From: Penicillus capitatus | Lineage: Eukaryota; Plantae; Chlorophyta | Assembly: GCA_965649825.1 (NCBI GenBank) | Contig: OZ287697.1 | Coordinates: 248,001-312,000, forward strand | Direction of reading: 5' to 3' | DNA: 64,000 nt | Shown: positions 47,573 through 59,988 of the stretch, in pieces | Numbering within the stretch: the first letter of the stretch is position 1 | Layout: every line of letters starts with the position of its first letter | The notes under the pieces: model-generated | Databases searched by the model: none | What the model saw: the letters and a program-made list of their open reading frames with translations, nothing else | Told to the model about the DNA's origin: nothing | Program-made: the position numbers and the translations under genes

Positions 47573-48976
47573 GGCCTCCTTCCTGAGAAGAACAAATGTC
47601 CAGATTTCCCTGTTCGAGGAAGTACTCGTGACGGCGAGGAATGCCAGAAATCTGTCTTGCTGTGGAAATTAGAGACCGAGTCAGTGTCAGGCGCATCTGC
47701 ACTTTGTGTAGCCCCTAACGCGAAGGACGGCGCGACGGAGGTCGCTGTAACAACCGATGGGTGCATCGAATTGAAGGTTTCTGACACGTCTGGTCAGTCG
47801 GTGGTTCTCGCCACGGACGCAACGGCTGTTCGCATCTTTAAGGTGAAGCAAGACGTACAAGGCACGCGTCCCAATGGCCGTTTTGTTACCGTCAAGTGCG
47901 CGGAGAATCCGATCACTGAAGAGGAAACGGTCCACGGAAGCCAAGGTGATATATCCTACGCATGCGAAAGGAGAAACATCGGTGCACGGCTGCTACTAGA
48001 AAATCGTGATCAGGCCTTTCGCAAGTATACTGTAAACTGTTTCACCCAATGCTCGGAAACCCAGTTGGTGCGCAAAAAAGGGTTGCATGGCAGAACCAAA
48101 AGAACCGGGGTGCAGGAGTTTCCAAAGGGCACATCGCCGAGAAGGGCCATGTCCCCTCCCTCTGTTTTGCCGTCGTTGTCTACCAAACCCGAAAGCGATG
48201 GTAGATTGTTTTCGAGACAGACGTGCGGATCTGAGTCCTGGACTAAACTGTCGTTAACGTTCATCCTTATTGTAGCCACAATCCCTATCGATGATGCCCC
48301 GTAAACGTGGTACGCCCTCCACCCTCGCTGTATGATACCCTGGAGGGTCCGCGTTCGATTCCAAGCCGACGGCGACGGTCCATGTTATGTTGTGCCCTGC
48401 CGATGCATTTCTTGCGAGGAATCTGTGAGGCGCATTAGACGACAGAGCGTTGCCGTTGTGAAATGCTTCCTCCCCAGCAACGTCCTGCCCTGCCATAACA
48501 CCCGATGATCACAACCGCAGACGTCGGTCTATCTTGCCTGCAGTTGATTGATGTGATTCTTTTCCCTCCTTGACATTGGACCGCTGAATTTTCCTGTGCG
48601 AACCATGTCGACATGGATTGGCAATTCACTGTTGGAAGGCGACTAGACGAGCGGTTTCCGGTCGGCTTACACGCTTACGTCAGAAGCCGACTACAGAAAC
48701 ATGGAGGCCACGGATGCACGTGGACGAGAACAGTCCCTCTTGTCCTTCCGGTTATTCTAGCGTTGCCGAGAGAATTGCTCCTGGTGGACGGGACAATAGC
48801 TTCGCGAGTTTGGTTTCTTGGTTGCACAGACGAACTATCCAAAAAGTGTACGAAACTTGAAGACCGGAAACAAATGCCATGCACCGACCATATGTGAACA
48901 AAACGACGTCTTTGTGAAAATATGGCGCCACTCTGATGGGACGGCGATGTAATTGGTTGTCACGCTCCCGCGTGAG

Positions 48977-49385
48977 TGTCACATCGTCTGCCTCGTTTCC
49001 GAGGGGTTAGTAATTCCAAGTGGCGCTTGTACAAGGTAACTGTCCTTTTCGGGGCACTTTCTTGTGGCTCTGAGCGCCGGATGACTCACCTGATCTGTGA
49101 AGTCTTGTCACATTTCGTGTATAAATAGGCGTATCGTAATGTCAGTGAACAACCGTCCACCTTCGTGCGGCTGCCACGGAGACGCGTTGATATGACGCTC
49201 GTGTGCGTCTGACGCGTACGTGATCCGAACTAATGATCGTTAAGACAGTCTTTGTAACCGACAAGCCTTCGTCGTAATCGCATCGTTCGCCGACTGCGCG
49301 ACACATAACAACAAAGAACCTCGCTCCGTGAACTGTAAAAGCCTTCCGCTGCGTTTGTTCGTTAAGCGGGCGCTCCCGCGTGACA
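48977..49385 (+). mobile_element. LTR-like element (TGTCAC...GTGACA) followed by a PBS-like TGGTGGC
   Basis: 6-bp terminal inverted repeat, TATAAATA near 49120, and partial copies at 6181, 6648 and 30921. No matching short TSD and no recognisable internal ORF. Confidence 0.5.
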
Positions 49386-50132
49386 TTGGTGGCATTTGTG
49401 TCACTTAGCCTTTCCCGCGCATTTGGCAGTGGAGGCAACCGTCTTCGCCGAGTAAAGGCGTGAGTCTTGGTGGCCAGGAGTGAGTTCCTATGAAGTTCGC
49501 GCTTTTCTGTAGAAACTTCTAGAACCTCATTGGGAACTCGTTTTCGAAGTTCACGGTTTTTTCCTGTCGTCACATCGGGGACTGAGTATTCAAGCGAGGG
49601 TTCGGGCACATAAAACATCTTTCGCTCGACGTCCGAGTATACACTTGTGTCCTTGCCCATCCTCATCTTGCTTCAAGACATCCACCGTGCTTGTGAGGTG
49701 AGCCAACACGGAGACGATTCCGGCGCCAACGCTCTTCCTCCGCGTCCCCCTGGCCGGGGAGGCGAGGGAGAAATACGTGTCCATGCCGAGGACATTGTAA
49801 GGGAGGTGTAGGGTCAGGCTGCCGAAGGGAGTTTTCGCAATCTTATTAACAGTTTCTGTTCTTTCTTTTTCGCAAGGTCTCAACACTTACTCCGACGACC
49901 AAACTATGATATCGTGAGTGGTAAAGACTCGTTCGATGAACGAATACAACTCTATACTTATGCAGGCTGCGATCTAATCAAAAAGCTTCAATCCTTGTTA
50001 CCTTGCTGCCTATGAAGACGACCTTTCCTGAATACCCTTAAAAGCATGTGATATAGCTCTTTGTTCCGAACTCGACACGTATGCGTGATAGCATCTATTC
50101 GATGCGTCTTTCTAATAAAACGACATTCATCG

Positions 50133-52830
50133 TTACATGATTAGACCATTGCGGCCTACTTCCACCGTTTTTTCTCGGTGTTTTTCTAAACATGTACGAT
50201 GCATTTTCTGTTGAAGGGAAATTTTAAACGCAGAAGGACAGACGAATCAAATACAGAAGAATGAGCACGATAGAACAGAACTTTGCAAGTTTAAAGCCAG
50301 CAAATGACTCTGACAGTCAGTACCATTCATAGGAGTACTCATCACTTCATCAGAGCATAGACACGATCTCAAGGTAGAACAATAGACGTCAGCAGGACAA
50401 CAGCCACATGACAGAAAAAATCAGGCAGAAATGAATGCCATCATCGATAGAAAGAAGAAAAGATCGAACAGGTTCATCTGTTGGTGTAGAACGGGGCCTC
50501 TGGACATTCCTCGCGGGTGCGAATGGGAATCACATTACAGCCGCATCCATCCAAAGAGGTATCATACCCTTCGTCGGTACAGCACCTCTCCAGATTGGCC
50601 CCATTCCAATTCCATCTGCGAAAGAAGGTAATCATTCAGCTTGAATTATTCTTTATCAACGGTGCACCTGTCTGGGGCGGAACCAATGAACTTGTCTGTG
50701 GGATCGAGCGCTCTTACGGCGCATCCGAAATCGCACCAGGTATCCTTGTAGTGTTCGGCGCCGTTCCAGCAGCCGAAATCCGGCCATCCTGCCTTGCCCC
50801 AGTGCAGACGACTAGGCGAACAGGATTCGTTGGCCACGAGGTAAGCAATCAGCTGTTTGAAAGGCAAATTGCTTGACCTCGGTCTAGATAGCAGAGCAGC
50901 GTCATAGAGAGTCTGTACCCGATCTGATTACGCACTCTCTGTTGTAGTAGAAGAAGTCGACAAGTTGAAACCAGACGTATGCTCGGTCGTGTGAAGCTGA
51001 CAGCAATCCGCTCTCCTTTCCAGCGAATCTGATTAAGAGAGGCTGTTGCAAAAATGTCTCAGCGGACAGACCCTCGGCAAGAGTTAGAAAGCCGTCCATG
51101 CACTCTGCAAGCTTCTCCAGCGGCACCCCCACTTCATAATCGTCAACACTTCCCGGCCTAGTTATACTTTCTATGGAAGCAAGTAACTCGACTTCATGTG
51201 TGTCTCCGGTGACGTTTCCAAACAGAATCGATAACCCAGCCGGAGAAGATTCGACAATCGATGCTGTCAAATCCGGATTGCTCAGATTCAGGCTTGGAGG
51301 ACGCGGATCCGGAACGGTCCAGTCGACGCCATTAGCGATGGCAGAGCGAGACTTGTAGAAGCGAGCATTGGCAAGACTGCTGAACATTTGGTATGCGCGT
51401 GGAGGAGTAGCTTGAGAATTCGCCCCGTTGTGAGAATCGCCTGTTAGCTCTCTACCGCGTTCTTCAGCTTCCAGATTCTCAAACGTCAAACGCGAGAACT
51501 GCAGATCGACCTTTAGCGATGTTCAAATGCCAGGGTTTCTTACCGTAGTGTTTTTGGCGAACGCGATGAAGTACGTGACTCCTTCAATCCACTCAGGGAT
51601 CGGCTCACCCGAAGCGTAAGCTGCCTGAATATCTCTGATTTCCGAGAAGAAGTTCTCGCGGTCAGTCGACTGCTTGATCGTCCTTCTGACAAGCGTTTCG
51701 CGAATGATCCGCATTTTCACGTCGGTCACGACACCGAGGCGTCCGACGCTGACCTGAAAGGCCCTGAAGTACAGTGGGTGTCGATCTGGGTAGATCTCCG
51801 TCAGCGTTCCGTTGGCCAGCACCACTCTGAAGCCGACAACCTGGTTGGAGAGCGAGCTGTATGTGAAACTGCTTCCGTGCGTACTGGTTGCAACGGCACC
51901 TCCGATCGTCTGATTCACAAAGATTGAAACCTTTCCCAGAGCGTAACCTAGAAACATCTGTCTCGTTCTCCAGGAAAAAAGAGGAGAATGTAATCACCTC
52001 TAGGCGCGTCATCTGTGACGTAGTCTCCGAGAAAGGTCATCAGATCCCAGACGATCACTCCAGCCGACACCCAGACAGACATCTCCTCTTCGTCGATTTC
52101 AATCTTCGGACGGCGGATGGTGGTCATGACGATGTTGGCTGCCGTTTCGCCTTCCTCGAATGCAGCGTTGGCGCAGAAGAAATTCTGGTGGAAACACACA
52201 CGCGTCAGAAAGACGAGTTTATAGCAGGTTATAGTTGCGTCACCCTGTTGTATGAGTGGCCAACGCCGACTGGAGAGATGCGATCGTGGAGTTTCACCGC
52301 TCTCCGAACGTCGCCAACTTTCTTTGGCCTGCATCAGTGGCAACGTCAGTGTTCGGAAAAAATGTTTACTCGAAGATGATCTACCTAACGAGGCGGACTC
52401 TGGTGTCACATACGTATTCGTTAGAATAGTTGCTCAGGTCGTCCGGCACGCTGCATTTCGCAGAGTGGAGGACGTGAAGAAGCGTGAGCCAGAATGCAAT
52501 TGCCCGGTAGGCCGCGGTCATGTCGCCTGGAGAAATCCGAGGTTGACGAGAAAACTGGTCCGCGTCGAAGCCGGTCGTCTTCGGGATTTTTGAGAGCTTG
52601 GAGTCGGCTGCAAACGAATAACGCAAAGAGGAAAGAACGTTTCAGCGACAAAGTGACGGATGACGAATTCACTACCGATTTCGTACAGACAGCGCGGCAT
52701 TTCCGAGCAGCTGCCCGTTGTACAACGTACTGACGAGGCAGTACCTTCAAATGTCCATCTGGACGTCATGCTGAGAACTGTACGTCGACAGCCGATGATG
52801 GACGTTTCACATGGGTTCTAATTCCGTCTA
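50133..52830. repeat. Segmental duplication, copy 2 (paralog 3 plus flanks)
   Basis: Collinear with 39163-41860. Confidence 0.85.
50474..52521 (-). CDS. Secreted GULLO-like FAD oxidoreductase, paralog 3
   Basis: Near-duplicate of paralog 2: MTAAYRAIAFW signal, VGVGHSYN, RLHWGK, PFYTNR*. Confidence 0.87.
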
Positions 52831-52897
52831 CGGAAAACAGAAAAACACTTGCACGTTCGGTATCTATTGATCAGCGAATCCCGAAAGGGACAAATCA

Positions 52898-53206
52898 ATG
52901 TTGGATCTAAACAGTTTTTGGTTACTCTCTTTATTCGCGTTAGTAAGCTGCGCCTTGTCGTCTTCCGAACTCGGGCATACTCTTGGCACCATTCGGTTTT
53001 TACGTTTGAAGCACATTGGCTATACTTATGCGTGGTGCATCTTAGGTAGTCTTGCCACGCGTGCTTGTGAAAGAATCTCGGTTGACGATGAGATGTGTTC
53101 CATACTGTCCACTTTTCCATGTTCGTATGATACCGGCGGCTGCGAAAACAATGCCTCAGTGCTCAAAGCTATCAAGCCAGAATTACTAGCTCGGCGTAAA
53201 AAATAG
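52898..53206 (+). CDS. Possible small secreted Cys-containing peptide (102 aa)
   Basis: ATG start, hydrophobic N-terminus MLDLNSFWLLSLFALVSCALS and several Cys; single exon, no family recognised. Confidence 0.3.
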   Translation: MLDLNSFWLLSLFALVSCALSSSELGHTLGTIRFLRLKHIGYTYAWCILGSLATRACERISVDDEMCSILSTFPCSYDTGGCENNASVLKAIKPELLARRKK

Positions 53207-54890
53207 CTCTTTGGCAAAGGGAGGAGATATGCGCTCTCAAAGGCAACGGAGGTGATACCGCTTGACATCCTTCGCCGTGAAGTGAAAGACACACAGCTCT
53301 TGCGTGAAACAGATGGAAAGTATCAAGAAGTGAATCCAACATGAAGCGTTCGCAGGATCTCGGCGAAGCAGTCGAAGACAGGGGTTAAGCCCCAAGTTAA
53401 TCAGTAGAGCTTGGTTATGTTTGACTGTTGAGCACATTTTCCTTGGCCATCTTACACTGCCAGTCCCTTTTCATTTGTTCCTGCGACTGGCCATTCTGCG
53501 GTACCATTAACATTAGCCTCTCCTCTTGTGGCGGACTCTCTCCTCCGATGCAGTTAGTGGGCAAAGATGTAAGACTCGCTATCACAAAAATCTCCTCAGC
53601 CAGTCTTTCTCGAATCTCATTCGAATGACGCGGGACACGAACGTTGAATGCGTGTTTAGGCAGTTGCGTACAAACGCCAGAGGCATAGCAACGAAAAGCT
53701 GAAAGATAGTAACGACATCGTCAGTCCAGTCAGTCTATTGAAATTTGATCGATGTGACAGTTCTTAGGCGCACTTCAACACGGTGACAACAATGGATCAC
53801 ACCGCGAACACTCCATCGAGTGCAAAACTTAGGAAGGCGTACGCGATTTCTCATTCCCGATGCACTGTATGTCGTCATACGGGAATAGCAGGGGTGTTGA
53901 TTTTCATTGGAAACGGTCATCAAATGACACTTCCATCTCATGAAAGTCTTAGCCTGAAATGCTTTGTTGTGAATCCTTACGACGGCAGCAGGGATGAAAT
54001 CCACACAGTCGTGACTCGGTCGCATATGGAATCAGCAGCATACTTGCCAGGCGAAAAATCGTCTAGGTCTTCTTCACGGGAGATGCTCAAAGCACTTGCT
54101 ACGTTTTGAATCCCTACGTGACCGAGACAGCGACGTCCAATCCCCGAGATCGTTCAAAGTTGCGATGCCGCTGAACCGACTTGGAATCTTTACTGTATAG
54201 GACGCTTCTCATGTCACAGATCTTTAGAATTGCGAGGGAACATCCGATCGCGTGTGTCTTCCGTGATGATCATCCAACGCAGCCTTGAGCCTTGATTTCT
54301 CCTAGATGGTATCTATTCCTCTCTGTGACCGTTACCTTCGAAGCATCGTGTCATGCTCAGCCACGCAATGTCTGCCTTCTTATCGAGTCTCGACGCCGAG
54401 AGTAGAATGCAGATGGTTAGATCAAACGGATCTCTTCGTGCGAAAGAAATCCAACAGCATCTGGACGCCATGACAAAAATTCCATACGGTGTCCGTCCGG
54501 CAGAGACGGACACGCAGAAGGACGCTTCCTTTTCGCGACGCTGCCTCTAAACACTGCTTCTCAGGCGCGAGCGCAGCCGCTCGGTGTGCCATCGTTTCGA
54601 ATGCCCTGTGCTGGGTGCGCCTCGAACTGGTTCGAAGTCTAGGCTCATGCTCCGTTGAGCAGGATAAGCGTTTCGTCCAGTGCTCTCTCACAAGCTCTGA
54701 CCGTACAGCGTGTTTTGTATCCGTCGAACGACGTTTTCAACGGCAGGTAGGCGCTGCTTCGGCGGAGACTCCTGACCGTAGGAAGGTTAGCGTGCCGCGG
54801 AACGTAGATGAGCCGGTGGTTAGCGATCATTTGGAATTTCCTGTTGAGCTTTGGAGTCTCTATCCTCAGGAATAATCGGAATCGGCAAGG

Positions 54891-56954
54891 ATGCAGCGAC
54901 TCTTGCTTGCCTCTGTCCTCTTCGCCGCGTTCTTTGGCGCACAAAGCTGGCTTCCAGAACACTTGAGCAACTTTCAGAACGAGTATGCGTGCGACTCAGG
55001 CGTCCGCCTCGTTAGGTACGTTCTCGCAAACACAGCCAGCAGCAGTCTGCAAACGACACCCTGTCGCAGGCCACTGACCATCTCTGACGTGCAAGAGGCC
55101 GTGAAGTTGCATTCCCGAGTGACACCAGTTGGAAACGGACTGTCCTATAATAAGGCAAGTCAGGCTGTCTGCCACTCGGGATCTCCAACCGATGACGTAC
55201 CCTTCCTTCTATCAGGAGTTTTTCTGTTCGGAGCCTCCGCCTGGAAGCAAGAAGACATCTGCCAATATCGTCATGACAACGATCAGGCCACTGACCATCG
55301 ATGTGGATGAAAGCGCGTTATCCGTATGGTGCTCGGCTGGCGTCACCATCTGGGATCTTATGGCCTTTCTTGCGAATTACGTGACACCGTCGTCTCCACG
55401 GGGTGCGTCTCGATGTCTCTATCTCCTCCGATCGACGGGTGTGGAGTTCTCTGTAGGGTATGCCATCGCTGCACCTCCCGTCGCTCTCAATCAGACCATT
55501 GCTGGAGCTGTTGCGACCAACACACATGGAAGCAGTCTACGGGATGGATCTCTCTCGAATCAAGTCATCGGTTTCAAAGTTGTCTTGGCCAATGGCACGT
55601 TCATGGAGATCTATCCAGACAGCCATCCACTGTGCTTTAAGGCATTCCAGGTCAACGTCGGACGACTGGGTGTCGTGACGGACGTGAAAATGAGGATCAG
55701 ACCGGAAACGTTCATAAAGAGAAGAGTGATGCCAGGAATTCCGACAGAAGACTTCATGAACCAACTCGCTTTAGCTCAGCACTCATACAGGATGACGAAA
55801 ACGTTGCCGCCCTGGCTCCAAAACGATTTCGAATTTACACTCTCTTTGAAAGACTTCACAGTAAACCAACCCCTTCCACCCTTGCCTTCTGACTTGATGG
55901 GGTGCCTTAGTTTACCACCACCACTTTTGAACAGGCAGGCGAACCCGTTGCCGTTGAAAAGAATGAGAAAAAGGGTGTTGACAATGACGAAGAAGAAGAA
56001 GAGTTGAGTTACCATCAACCTCTGTTGCAACAAATCGAGACTGCCATGAATCCTTTCCTGAATCAGAGCCGCCAGGAGAAAGGCGGCATCATTGCAGATG
56101 GTGTGAAGTGGGAGAAACCTGTGCCGCTGGCGATCGATGCACGACAGACAAATCGCGATCAATTTCCGCCGCCCTTTGAGACGAACGTCGGCGGTGCTGG
56201 AAAACAGAAACCAAATGCAACGGTCGAAGCACACGATGCTTCATACATTTTGTCGGAAGGGGGAGCTGACGATGCGCGTTCTATCTTACTTGACACCTAT
56301 GAGGTGGCTGTTCACGTGGACAAGATGGCAGACTGTGTTCAGGGACTCATCAGTCGTTTGCAAGTACTGAAGCCAAACAACGGCCTCCGTTATGACCCGT
56401 TGTTCCGTTTCGTCGGCAAGGAAGACAGTCTGCTGTCCGCTTCCAATGACAAGCCCGTTCTCTGGATTAACTTTCAAGACAGTGTCTTCTACAACCAAGC
56501 GTCTGGCGATGGCCATAGCGATCTGTTTTGAAGGTGTCTGTGTGTTTAGGACTAGGACAGTCAACAAACCCTTCAGAGAACTGATGACTTATTTTGTAAC
56601 GAGCAATCAGTGCACTCCTGCACGTTTGCACTGGGGTAAAGCTGGTTGGCCAGATACCGGTTGTTGGAGCGGAGCCGATTTTTACGAGGGGACTTGGTGC
56701 GATTTCGGCTGTGCCGTCCGAGACTTGGACCCTGATGGGAAATTCGTCGGATCGGCACCGGACAGGTATGACATGCGACGTACCCGCCGCCGATCGAATC
56801 GTTTTGTCGCAGATGGAACTGGGAAGGCGCAAATCTCGAAGAGTGCTGCGCCGAGTTTGGCTACGATTACTTTCGGGCTGGCTGCGGCTGCAAGGTGAAG
56901 CCAGAACGCGCCGAGTCCTCCTGTCCAGATCCTCCGTACTACACCAACCGTTGA
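54891..56954 (+). CDS. Secreted GULLO-like FAD oxidoreductase, paralog 4
   Basis: MQRLLLASVLFAAFFGAQS signal, VGNGLSYN, THGSSL, RLHWGK and tail PYYTNR*. Intron 55155-55215 is GC-AG. Confidence 0.87.
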
Positions 56955-57947
56955 ATCCCCGTTGTTTGACTTGACGGACGATGATTCATGCTGTTACGTT
57001 ACTGACAATGACGACATCTCATCCGGGGTGGAACACATTCGCAAACAAAGCTATCCATTTGCGACGCTTTTTTTGGTTATACCTATATTGAGTCAGAATC
57101 ATGATTTTGCACAAAGAAGACGACCGAGAACCGCATTCTTCGAAGAGCGATGTTAACGGATGTACAGCACCGTCTAGAAAAGTTGATTCAGCATTTGTTA
57201 TATCAACCGTGCCGTGTACACGGGAAGTGTGTTTTGCTATGTGCTTTTCATGGTACGGATCACAGTGAGAGCTTTCATATATAAGCACGCATCTTATCTG
57301 GGTCTTACTTTGATGATCATCAAAGCGTTTATTGAAGTCCTGTTTCCGACGCGATAGTCACCTTTGCGATTGGGACAAACTTGCACATACAGCATCAGCA
57401 TCTGTTGTCAAATATTCAACGCTGAGATACTCGAATTCGCATGACGGTCACGCGCAGACAGATCTCGACACGTCACATCATCATCGCTACGAAACGCCAT
57501 CCCACTTGGATGTCTGTTCACTCCTTGTCAAGCCCAGCACATCTTGGAGTCGTCATGCCTGACAATCGGCGGTGAATGATCCAAATGATCTGATCTCTGC
57601 TTCTTTAGCACGGTGCGCCGAAGGCAGTCCTTCTGAAGGAGTTGGTCTAGGTGCAGCGCATTCAGATGTGTGTAGGAAAGGGGTCCACTCAGAGGCCATG
57701 GCCTGCTGTCTTGTGGAGATAGCAGCGGGATATGTACGACAGTCATCCGTCGAGTACCTTCACCGTCCATGCATCGATGATCCAATTCCGTGCCCTGCCT
57801 CGATCGACGATGCAGATCGCGTCCTTCGTCGAGCGACGAACCGTAGGAAGGACGAGCTTCGCATGTGCTCCACCAAAAGTTCCCAATCCTTTAAATTTTC
57901 CACCGTGCTACGGGGAGATGTCTTCAGATAATCCAAGACGCTCCCAG

Positions 57948-59988
57948 ATGAAGACGCTGTGCACAACCTATGTCCTCTTCATTCTTCTAGCACTCGGCAG
58001 CTGTTCGCTCCCACATGACCTCAGCAACTTTCAGAACGAGTATGCGTGCGCGTCAGATATACGCCTCGTCCGGTTCGTTCACTCACATCCATCATGACGT
58101 CTACGATAATGCATGACCCACGGTTCAGGCCCGTGACCATCGCCGACGTTCAGGAAGCGGTGAAGGTGCATTCCAATGTGGTGCCTGTCGGAGCGGGGTA
58201 CTCATGGAACAGAGTAAGGCAGCAGCTGCCAAAGCGTATGGACTATAAGGCAGCTGTCTTTGAATCAGGAGTTCTTTTGTGCCGAGTCGCCATCCAGAGG
58301 CAATCGGACAAGTGCCAATATCGTCATGACGACGATACGGCCACTGACCATTGACGTGGACGAGGAGGAGATGGCGGCCTGGGTATCGGCAGGCGTGATG
58401 GTCTCGGATCTCATGGTATTTCTGGCAAACTATATCACGCCGTCGTCGCCCAGAGGTAGACCGGTGGCCTCTGGCAAGGGAACGATGGGGTTTGGGTGCA
58501 GGGTACTCTATTGGCACGACGCCCTACTTTGTGAATCAGACGATTGCTGGAGCGATCGCCACCAACACACACGGCTACAGTTTGCGAAACGGCTCCCTGT
58601 CGAATCAGGCCATCGGCTTTCGGGTGATTCTGGCCAACGGCACCCTAGCGGAGATCTCTCCCGATCATCATCCTCTCTATTTCAAAGCTTTTCAGGTCAA
58701 TGTCGGTCGCCTGGGCGTCGTGACAGACGTGAAGCTGCGATTGAGACCTGAGACGCTCATGAAAAGAAAGGTGAGGAAAGGGATCCCAACAGACGCGTTC
58801 ATGTCAGACATTCAACGAGCGCAAAGTCTGTATCGATCGAACGGGACCCTTCCCAGTTGGCTCCAAAACGATTTTATGTTCAGCTTTTCGTTAGACGACT
58901 TTACGGTGAGCGTCTTTACCCTCCAGTTAATACTTAACACTGTTGTGTGGGTCAGTTCACAACGACGATGCTGGAACCCATTGAGGAGCCCGTTGCAAAG
59001 GGGAAGAAGGAGGAGGAAGTGGATGAAGAAGACACGGACCCAGTCTACGCGCATTCTTTTTTGGAAGCTGTCGAGAGTCGAATGAATCGTTATCTCAATC
59101 TGAGTCGCTACGAAAAGGGAAGCACTGTTGCGGACGGCATCACATGGGAAGAACCTGAGCAGCAAGATATCATTCCTCTCGACACGCTGTTCCACAATGT
59201 CTCACTCTTTTCCGAGGCGTTAGGCAGATCCTATGACGACGATGATAATATCACGGTTGAAGCGAACGAGGCCATGATCACACTTACGGCAGAGGCCGCC
59301 GAAAATTCTCGAGCCATACTTCGAGATGCTTACGAAGTGGCCGTCTATGTTGACAGGATGGCAGATTGCCTTCAGGGATTTATCTCTCTTTTACAAGCCC
59401 AAGCATCGAACAGCGCTCTCCGTTTTTCTCCCCTGTTTCATTTCGTTGGCAAGGAGGAAGCTTTGCTCTCCGCCTCGCATGATCAGCCTGTCCTGTGGGT
59501 CAGTTTCGCGGATGTGGTTTACTACAATCAGAAGTGATATCTGCTATGGTATGGCGTCGTATGCATCTCTGTGTTCTCTGTAGGCCTAGAAACATCAATT
59601 TACCTCTTAGACAGCTCATGGCATATCTCTTGTCCAGCAACGAGTGCACTCCAGCTCGCCTGCATTGGGGCAAAGCTGGATGGCCTGATTTTGGCTGCTG
59701 GAACGGAGCTGATGCCTACAAAGACACTTGGTGTGATTTCGGCTGCGCCGTTCAGGCTCTCGATCCCCAAGACAAGTTCATCGGTTCCGCACCGGATAGG
59801 TCAACTCTCCCCCTTATCGCTCCGGCATTGCATAGTTGCCTGACAGGTGGAACTGGAAAGGGGCACGTCTCGAGGAATGTTGTACGGCGTTCGGCTACGA
59901 TACCGACCGAGAAGGATGCGATTGCAAGGTGGCGTCCCCTCGTCCCCTCTCCTCCTGCCCGGACGCTCCTTTCTATTCCAACCGCTAG
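57948..59988 (+). CDS. Secreted GULLO-like FAD oxidoreductase, paralog 5
   Basis: MKTLCTTYVLFILLALGSCS signal, VGAGYSWN, THGYSL, RLHWGK and tail PFYSNR*. Confidence 0.87.
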
